Below are positions 19,501-27,346 of a stretch of DNA of 45,409 bases, piece by piece (within the stretch, counting starts at the first letter, position 1; each line of letters opens with the position of its first letter). The DNA is from an uncultured Hyphomonas sp. Its GTDB lineage: Bacteria; Pseudomonadota; Alphaproteobacteria; Caulobacterales; Hyphomonadaceae. Both the position numbers and the translations under genes were made by a program. The stretch covers positions 1 to 45,409 of the forward strand of contig CAYUFN010000003.1 in NCBI GenBank assembly GCA_964443965.1, written 5' to 3'. The notes under the pieces are model-generated. The model ran no database searches and had not been told where the DNA came from. It worked only from the letters and a program-made list of their open reading frames with translations.

Positions 19501-21657
19501 AATCGCCGCTTATCCGGTTTGCGTTCAGTTTATGAAGGGGATAATGTTTCGTTCTCTGCATTCGCGGCTGAAACCAATCAGGGTTTCCAGCGCCAAGAAA
19601 TTGCAGCTGATGGAACATCTGGAACCTTCACTTTAGATGCTGCGCCTCTTATCAGAAATTCGGAGACAATTACTGTCGAAACACGTGATCGTTTCCGTCC
19701 TGATATTGTTGTTAGCACTTTAAATCTTGCGCGATTTGTCGATTACGATATCGATTTCAACACTGGAGAGATTATCTTCCGTCGCCCAATCGCGGCGACA
19801 GATGCTAGCTTCAATCCGAATGTGATTGTTGCCGAGTATGAGACCTCAGCTGCTGTTGAACGTAATATCATTGCCGGTGGACGGGTGGCTGTGCGCGCAT
19901 TGGACGATCGTATTGAGGTTGGCGCGACCTACATTCGGGAAGAGGGGAGTGACACTGTTAGTGATGCTGTTAGTCAGTTAGCTGGTGTTGATCTAACCAT
20001 ACAGATCGATAGCAAAACTGAGCTGCATGCAGAATATGCTGTCACTAAAAATGATAGCGCGGTTCAGGCGACCGGCGAGCCAAACGAGGCGGATGCTTTA
20101 TTGGTCGAAGTAATCCGGCGCCAGGAGGCTTTAACTGTGGGTGCCTATTACCGCGAAGATGAAGCAGGCTTTGGTCTTGGGCAGCAATCTTCTGCAACGA
20201 CAGGAGGCGTGCGTCGATTTGGTGCGACGGTTAGCGCTGAAATTGGCAAGGAGCGCAGCGAGGAGTCTACGCGCCGGGCCAGACATTATGTTGAAGCTGA
20301 AGCTTATCGCGAAGAAAGCCTGCAAACCGGTGATACGCGAAATGTGATTGAGGGCGCGTTGCGCAGAGATGGACCCCTGCTCAATGCCAGCATTGGTTTG
20401 CGCACGATCGAAGAAGACTTTGAAGCCTTGGAAGATGGTGCGCGCCGTTCAACTTTGATTACGAGTTCTGTCAACAAGAACTTTGCAAAGTGGGGGCTGA
20501 ACCTTTCAGCAAGTCATGAGCAACCGCTTGGGGGTGAGGATGAGTCAACCAGCTTCCCGCAACGTACAATTCTCGGCGTTGATAAGACGATTACGAAAAA
20601 GGCAACGCTTAACGTTCGCCACGAAATTCTTGATGGCGATAACGCTGATGGGAATAACACAGCGATTGGTGTAACAGTTCAGCCATTCAACGGCACCACC
20701 GTGACAGCCGCTGCTGACCTTATTACGCAAGATAGCGCGCGCCGTATTGGGGCAACTGTTGGGGTTGATCAGGTTATCCGTATCAATGAGAATTGGTCAG
20801 CAGGTATAGGCGTCGCGCGGCGTGCGAATATTTCTGATACAGGCACACCACTTGATGTTCTGCCTGATGCTGCACTCTCGCCTTTAGAAACGGCGCCAGC
20901 TAGCCCGTTAACACAGACGAATGCATTCACATCTGCCTATCTTGGTCTGGGCTATACGGGCGAAAAGACTGCGGCAGCGACACGTTATGAAATTCGTGAC
21001 AGTGCGCTTGGTACCCGTCACGCAGCAACCTTCGGGGCAGCCAGAGAAGCCAATGATGTGCTCTCTTATGCCTTGGCCAGCAGGCTTGAGGCCAATAATG
21101 CTGACGAGGCGAATGATACATTGCGCTTTGATTCGCGCCTTGGTCTGGCTTATCGCCCGCGTGCCAATAATGGGCCTGTGATCTTCAACCGATTTGATGC
21201 CTCATATAACCGCGTGACAGGGCAATCTGAGACTTTCAAGCTGGTCAATAATTTTGCGATCAATAGCTATATTGGTAAGCGGACCCAATTGACGGCTTTT
21301 CACGGGTTCAAATACAATAAATCAAACTTCCTTGGTGACTCATTTGACTCTGTCACCAACCTGATTGGTGGTGAAGTGCGCTATGATGTGACGAGAAAAA
21401 TTGATCTTGGTTTATCTGGCTCAGCATTGATTTCCGATAGTGGGCAGACCGATTATCAAATCGGCCCTTCTGTAGGGTTTTCACCAGTAGAGAACACCTG
21501 GTTAACTCTCGGTTGGAATGTAAAAGGCTTTAATGACAATGACTTCGAAGCTGCTGAATTTACGCGTGACGGACCATTTATTAAGCTCCGGGTAAAGTTT
21601 GACCAACATACTGCGCGCGGGCTGCTGGATAGAATTTCTCCCCGCGGTCGTAATTGA
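16579..21657 (+). CDS. giant secreted protein with N-terminal Ig-like/CnaB-like/DUF11 modules and a ~830-aa C-terminal predicted outer-membrane beta-barrel (P3)
   Basis: 1692-aa uninterrupted ORF with signal peptide ...[11 protein letters not shown] DUF11-like module covers aa ~365-485 ([33 protein letters not shown]). CarboxypepD_reg/CnaB-like motifs include [34 protein letters not shown]. A Big_1-like module is [23 protein letters not shown]. The C-terminal part is dominated by short amphipathic strands and ends near [10 protein letters not shown]. Confidence 0.85.
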   Translation: [1692 protein letters not shown]

Positions 21658-21686
21658 TAAGTCGGCATGTGCGCTGAGGGGTATAA

Positions 21687-24600
21687 TTGGGCAATAGGGC
21701 AGACATAAGATCGCTTTGTTATGCGAAGCTTTTTAAGGGGGCGAGGCAGGCAGCAATTATTTTGCTGGCGGGCTTCTTTGCGCTGACGGCGTCTGCCCAG
21801 ACGGTGACATACTCTGAGAACTTTACCGCCGGCGTTGCGAATGATCCGGGCAGTCCCCAAGTCGATAATTGGGAAGCCTTTCGGGACGGTCTTACGGCGA
21901 CATATACAAATATCACCGTTGGTGGTTCGCAAGGGCCTGATGTTTCCTGTTCAGATCCGGCTGCGATTGCTGCGATTACGACAGCCCTGAATACAGATGC
22001 GACCGCCTCGGTACCTTGTGATGGCAGAACATGGAATGTGGGAACATGTATCGGAACCAACGAGCTCTCAATTGATGTTGGGGTTTGTACATGTCAGGGG
22101 GCGAGCCCTTTTACCTTGCGCCCGGATGTTGATGCAGGGAATGCAGCGTGGGGAGGGATCGGTGCAACGTGTGGCCCCGGCGCTTCGGGTGCAGGCTCGA
22201 ATGTGGACCAAACACTAACTGTCTCCGTTACCGAGCCTGCAAGCATCCCTGATCTTTCACTGTCTATTGCACCAGCGAGTTTGTCTCCCTCGGTAGGCGC
22301 GAACACATTTCTTGACATTCTTCTTGATAATAGCGGTTTAACCGCTGCAACTGGCGTGGAGGTCTCTGCGTTGTTGCCGTCGGGCTTAACGTTTGTGTCT
22401 GATGATTCTACGGGTGCTTACAATCCATCGACGGGCATCTGGAGTGTTGGGAACGCGGCATCTGGGAGCACGCAGCGCTTACGGCTTCTTGTGAACGTTG
22501 CGCCAGCAGGAAGCTATACAATGAATGCAGAGGTCACCGCTGCGAATGAGGTTGATTTCGATTCAACTCCTGGGAACGCTGCTACAGCCCCCGGAGAAGA
22601 TGATAGTGATGTTGTCACATTAACGCCAGTCACGCCGCCACCGCCACTTTTCTGTCTCGGTCGTCCGATACAGCCACTTGTATTTACCGATCCAGTTGTT
22701 GAAAGCCCCGGCGCGAGCATTGCTGCGCCACAAGTTGGTGATGTTTTCCGCTTTCCTGAGGTTTCGCCTGGTGTTGATGCGCTTGTTGAAGTAGCAGCTT
22801 TTAATAATGGCGCAAGCTTGGCTGGAATTGATAATGATGGAACGGCGATTGCCCCCATTGGGGTGCCTGATAACTTTCAGCCGACATTGGTTGGCCCTGC
22901 TGGGGACGTATCAGTTGATTTTCAAATCACGATTGTTGCGACCGGTACCAGCATTCCCGGGACGCTCGATTTTGCGGGCAGTGCGATTGATGTAGATGGC
23001 GATAGTGGAAGCTTACGCGAATACATTGAAGTTTCGAACAACATTGTTGAATTTGCGCTAAATGGCGTCATTTTTGATGATCCGGCAGATCCCGCTGATG
23101 TTCCTGATGATACGCGTTTGATCACGCAAGCCAACTCACCGCCAGACCCGACAGCTTCAGCCCCATCATCTGCTGCTCGCATAAGATTTGAGGCTGAGAC
23201 CGTCGATACGGCGGCGAGCATCAATCCGGATGAGCCAAGAAATATTGCTGCGGCTTTCTTTACCGATGTCTCTGTATTTGAATACAGGATAGGTAAATTC
23301 GGAGGGGCCACGACGGGGCGCTTAAATTCCCTGGCATTTAATTGTCCAGCCATTGATCCAGGTGCCGGAGGGAGCTCACCAGTCTTGGAAGAAGACTTTG
23401 GTGATGCCCCCTTTGATGCGGTCACGAACCCAGGGTACGGGAACCCGATTCACGTCATTGATCCAGCAGCGCCAACCGTTCAAATAGGGGCTTTGAATAC
23501 AGGTGAAACTGAAGCTGGAAACAGTGCAACCGCCTCATCAGATGCAGGTGATGACGGTGTTACAATCGGTGGCTTAAGCTTGCAGGGGCAAACTCTTCAA
23601 GGGCTGGCCCCGGCAACAATATCTGTTGCTGTTACCAATGCGTCGGCTGATCCAGGTTTGCTGCAGGTCTTTATTGATTGGAATATCGATGGAGATTTTG
23701 ATGATGCGGGCGAGCATGTGGTCGTCGATGAGCAAGATGCTGATGATGATGGGCTTATCACGCTGAACATTACCCCGCCCGCTACTACGGTTGCCGGTAC
23801 GAGTTTTGCTCGCTTCCGTTGGGCAACCAGTGCGGTTGATGTACAGGAGGCTGTTGCTGATGGTGAGGTTGAGGACTACCAGATTGTATTGCTCGCTGCG
23901 CCGCCTGCAGACCTGAACCTAACGCTAACTGCATCAAATGTGGCGCCTGTCCCGGGTGAAACAATCAGCTTGACGGTAACGATTAATAATGAAGGTCCTA
24001 GCACTGCAAGCGGGATTACCACAACAATCCCTTTACCTGCCGGCCTGACCTTCGTTTCCAGCGATGCTGGCGCAAACTATGATGAGACAACAGGTCTTTG
24101 GGTTGTGCCAGGTGATTTGGCAAATGGTGATAATATAATTTTGACGATACAGGCGACGGCTGTCGCGCTTGGAACGAGTAACCTTTTGGCGGAGATCACC
24201 ACAGCTTCGCCTAGCGATCCGGACTCAACGCCAGGAAATGCTGGTACCGTACCGGCCGAAGATGATACGGATACAGAAACAATTACTGTTGTGTCCAGTC
24301 CGCCTGTCTGTCCAGCAGGATTGAATCTGTCTGCGACCGGAGGAACGGCAGTTAGCGTTACATCGGAAACGGGTATCGATAATGCAAACTTTGCGCTTGG
24401 GGCGCTTTCCTCAGCAGGTACCGCGCCACCTGATCCGACCGCTGCTCTCCTGAATCTGAGCGGCAGTAGCGTTCTCGTGCTTGATCTGGGTGTAGTTGTA
24501 CCTGAAAATGCGCTTTTAACATTTTCGCTCGCACGGGACGATGATGTCGCCGTTAATAACACTATGCTGGAAATTCGTGGGTCTCTTGATGCGTCTGCAT

Positions 24601-25238
24601 TTCCTGATGTGTTTGGCGTTTACAGCACAGGATCAACGACTGGATTTATCGCAAACGCGCCGCAAAATACAATTGAGCATATTACTGTTGCTGTGCCATC
24701 GGGCGGTCTGCAGTTCTTACAGTTCGATATTTTGACTGGTGATAATGCTTTCGTAGATGGGATAAGCTTTACTCAGTCCTGTGTGCCAGGTGCAGAGCTT
24801 GAAGGCGTGAAAACTGTCGAAGTTTTTGATCCGCTGGGTGAGGGCTTGTTTGCGCTACCTGGAAATGATGTGACCTATACGATCACTATTAGTAACATTG
24901 GTGGCGGGGATACAGATGATGATAGTATTTTCCTGATTGATGAGCTGCCGCCTGAAGTCGTGTTCTTTAATGGTGACGCAGATGGTCCGGGACCTGGCCT
25001 GGATCCTGTAAATTTTGCAGAACTAACGGCCACAGGGCTAGACCCATTCGTGTTTAATGACAGTGTGCGCTTTGCAGGTGTTGGATCGGCCCCAGCGGAT
25101 TTTGATGCTTGTGGCTTAGTGCCCCAACCTGGATATGATCCAGATGTTCGGTATGTCTGTTTTAATCCTCAGGGGATGATGCAAGCAGGAGACCCGGACC
25201 CGAGTTTTGCGCTCTCTTTCCGGGTGCGTATCCAGTAA
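21687..25238 (+). CDS. large secreted multidomain protein with a Cys-rich N-domain, three DUF11-like modules and a GEVED-motif domain (P4)
   Basis: 1183-aa ORF starting at TTG 21687, with a GAGGGG Shine-Dalgarno 5 nt upstream, 30 nt after the P3 stop. Signal peptide ...FFALTASA|QT. DUF11-like modules lie at aa ~188-315, ~740-869 and ~1035-1183. The stretch DFGDAP...FARFRW...GEVEDY (aa ~567-735) is the GEVED-domain signature. Confidence 0.85.
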   Translation: MGNRADIRSLCYAKLFKGARQAAIILLAGFFALTASAQTVTYSENFTAGVANDPGSPQVDNWEAFRDGLTATYTNITVGGSQGPDVSCSDPAAIAAITTALNTDATASVPCDGRTWNVGTCIGTNELSIDVGVCTCQGASPFTLRPDVDAGNAAWGGIGATCGPGASGAGSNVDQTLTVSVTEPASIPDLSLSIAPASLSPSVGANTFLDILLDNSGLTAATGVEVSALLPSGLTFVSDDSTGAYNPSTGIWSVGNAASGSTQRLRLLVNVAPAGSYTMNAEVTAANEVDFDSTPGNAATAPGEDDSDVVTLTPVTPPPPLFCLGRPIQPLVFTDPVVESPGASIAAPQVGDVFRFPEVSPGVDALVEVAAFNNGASLAGIDNDGTAIAPIGVPDNFQPTLVGPAGDVSVDFQITIVATGTSIPGTLDFAGSAIDVDGDSGSLREYIEVSNNIVEFALNGVIFDDPADPADVPDDTRLITQANSPPDPTASAPSSAARIRFEAETVDTAASINPDEPRNIAAAFFTDVSVFEYRIGKFGGATTGRLNSLAFNCPAIDPGAGGSSPVLEEDFGDAPFDAVTNPGYGNPIHVIDPAAPTVQIGALNTGETEAGNSATASSDAGDDGVTIGGLSLQGQTLQGLAPATISVAVTNASADPGLLQVFIDWNIDGDFDDAGEHVVVDEQDADDDGLITLNITPPATTVAGTSFARFRWATSAVDVQEAVADGEVEDYQIVLLAAPPADLNLTLTASNVAPVPGETISLTVTINNEGPSTASGITTTIPLPAGLTFVSSDAGANYDETTGLWVVPGDLANGDNIILTIQATAVALGTSNLLAEITTASPSDPDSTPGNAGTVPAEDDTDTETITVVSSPPVCPAGLNLSATGGTAVSVTSETGIDNANFALGALSSAGTAPPDPTAALLNLSGSSVLVLDLGVVVPENALLTFSLARDDDVAVNNTMLEIRGSLDASAFPDVFGVYSTGSTTGFIANAPQNTIEHITVAVPSGGLQFLQFDILTGDNAFVDGISFTQSCVPGAELEGVKTVEVFDPLGEGLFALPGNDVTYTITISNIGGGDTDDDSIFLIDELPPEVVFFNGDADGPGPGLDPVNFAELTATGLDPFVFNDSVRFAGVGSAPADFDACGLVPQPGYDPDVRYVCFNPQGMMQAGDPDPSFALSFRVRIQ

Positions 25239-25280
25239 AATTTGTTTTCTTTCAAGCGGACTTGCTCTAGCTAAGCCCTT

Positions 25281-25919
25281 ATGAGTGTTAAACTGAAAAT
25301 TTGCGGGTTATCGGAGCCTGAGACTCTGCGCGCAGCGGTGCAGGCGGGGGCTGACTGGATTGGTTTTGTTTTCTTTGAACAAAGTCCACGCAATGTTACT
25401 TTAGCAGCTGCTGAAAGCTTGCTTTTGGGCATGGGGACGGCCGCGCCTGTTGGGTTAATGGTAGACCCTGATGATGTGATGGTGCGCGATGTGTTAGGAC
25501 TTGGTATTCGCACCCTGCAGCTACACGGCAGTGAAACACCTGCACGTGTACGCGAGATTCAAGTGCTGGGCGGCGTTGACGAGGTATGGAAAGCCATTGG
25601 TGTTGCTTCCAAAGATGATCTGGCCTTTGCCGAAACTTATGCTGATGTGGCTGATCGTTTATTGCTGGATGCCAAGCCGCCAAGCAAAGCTGCTGTGCCC
25701 GGTGGAGCGGGCGAGGCGTTTGACTGGGCTTTACTGAAAGACTGGACCGCGCCAATGCCATGGCTTCTGGCAGGCGGGCTGACACCGGAAAACGTACAAG
25801 AGGCGATCACTGCGACAGGCGCGCGCGCTGTGGATGTCTCCTCTGGCGTTGAGCGCGCGCGTGGGTTAAAGAGTGCACAGAAGATTAGAGAGTTCATCGC
25901 GGCGGCAAAACAGCCTTAA
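25281..25919 (+). CDS. trpF: phosphoribosylanthranilate isomerase
   Basis: MSVKLKICGL..., LQLHG and LLAGGL motifs, located directly upstream of trpB. Confidence 0.93.
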   Translation: MSVKLKICGLSEPETLRAAVQAGADWIGFVFFEQSPRNVTLAAAESLLLGMGTAAPVGLMVDPDDVMVRDVLGLGIRTLQLHGSETPARVREIQVLGGVDEVWKAIGVASKDDLAFAETYADVADRLLLDAKPPSKAAVPGGAGEAFDWALLKDWTAPMPWLLAGGLTPENVQEAITATGARAVDVSSGVERARGLKSAQKIREFIAAAKQP

Positions 25920-25968
25920 ACATGGCCTTAAGGAACTTTAGGCACCCAGAACAACAAATGAGTGAGTT

Positions 25969-27180
25969 ATGAGCCAGACCAATACGTGGGATCAATATCC
26001 AGATGAAAATGGCCGCTTTGGTGCGTTTGGCGGGCGCTATGTTGCCGAAACACTGATGCCGCTGATCCTTGATCTGGAGGCTGAATATAAGGCCGCCAAG
26101 CAAGACCCGGCTTTCAAGGCGCAGATGGATGATTTATGGGCGCATTATGTTGGCCGGCCAAGCCCCTTATATTTTGCCGAACGGATGAGCGGGCATTATG
26201 GCAAGGCGAAGATCTATTTCAAACGCGATGAGCTGAACCATACCGGCGCGCACAAGATCAATAATTGTCTTGGGCAGGTTCTCCTCGCCATGCGTATGGG
26301 TAAAACTCGGATAATCGCCGAAACTGGCGCAGGCCAGCACGGCGTGGCGACGGCGACCGTGTGCGCACGCTTCGGCTTGAGATGCGTGGTGTTCATGGGT
26401 GCAACCGATGTTGAGCGCCAGAAACCAAATGTCTTCCGTATGAAACTGCTCGGCGCAGAGATTGTACCTGTCACCTCTGGCACGGGCACTTTGAAAGATG
26501 CGATGAACGAGGCCTTGCGTGATTGGGTAACGAATGTTGACGAGACATTTTATTGCATTGGCACGGCGGCAGGCCCGCACCCTTATCCACAATTGGTACG
26601 TGATTTTCAGTCTGTCATTGGCCGCGAAGCCCGTGCGCAAATACTCGAACGGGAGGGGCGCTTGCCCGACGCTGTGATGGCATGCATTGGCGGAGGATCA
26701 AACGCAATTGGCCTTTTCCATCCTTTCCTTGAGGATGAAAGCGTCAAGCTGATCGGCGTGGAAGCCTCTGGTCACGGCGTGGAGACGGGCATGCATGCAG
26801 CCGCGCTCAATGGCGGGGAGCCGGGTATTCTGCATGGGAATAAAACCTATCTCTTGCAGGATGAAGCCGGACAAATCTTTGATGCCCATTCTATTTCAGC
26901 CGGACTTGATTATCCGGGCATCGGGCCAGAGCATGCTTTCCTGTTTGAAACAGGGCGGGCTGAGTATCTCTCCTGTAAGGACACCGAAGCGCTGGAAGCC
27001 TTCCAGCTTTGCACGCGCCTTGAGGGGATCATCCCTGCGCTTGAACCCTCTCACGCGCTCGCCCGTTTACCTGAGGCGCTCGGACGTATTCCAGACGACG
27101 GCCTCCTTATCATGAACCTCTGCGGACGCGGCGATAAGGACGTCTTCTCAGTGGCAGAGCATTTGGGCGTAGAGATTTGA
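25969..27180 (+). CDS. trpB: tryptophan synthase beta chain
   Basis: [17 protein letters not shown], the PLP-lysine region [11 protein letters not shown], and GGGSNAIG. Confidence 0.97.
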   Translation: MSQTNTWDQYPDENGRFGAFGGRYVAETLMPLILDLEAEYKAAKQDPAFKAQMDDLWAHYVGRPSPLYFAERMSGHYGKAKIYFKRDELNHTGAHKINNCLGQVLLAMRMGKTRIIAETGAGQHGVATATVCARFGLRCVVFMGATDVERQKPNVFRMKLLGAEIVPVTSGTGTLKDAMNEALRDWVTNVDETFYCIGTAAGPHPYPQLVRDFQSVIGREARAQILEREGRLPDAVMACIGGGSNAIGLFHPFLEDESVKLIGVEASGHGVETGMHAAALNGGEPGILHGNKTYLLQDEAGQIFDAHSISAGLDYPGIGPEHAFLFETGRAEYLSCKDTEALEAFQLCTRLEGIIPALEPSHALARLPEALGRIPDDGLLIMNLCGRGDKDVFSVAEHLGVEI

Positions 27181-27346
27181 GGGTTTTATAATCTCGCTCT
27201 GGCTGTTTGGCACGCTGGATTGGCTGCAGCAAAGAAACGCTTTGTCTTTGAGAGTGCCTTTAAAGCCTAAACCCGCGCTTACCTCTCGACGTATTTCCCA
27301 AAAGCTGTAAAAGCAAAAACTTAGATTTGAATCTCCGGAATAAAAT

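Noticed and set aside
14176-25280. Genomic island integrated at tRNA-Ser carrying the P1-P4 locus
   Set aside because: I found no integrase, no mobility genes and no direct repeat of the tRNA 3' end near 25.2 kb. Base composition does not look different from the flanks. tRNA adjacency alone is not evidence.
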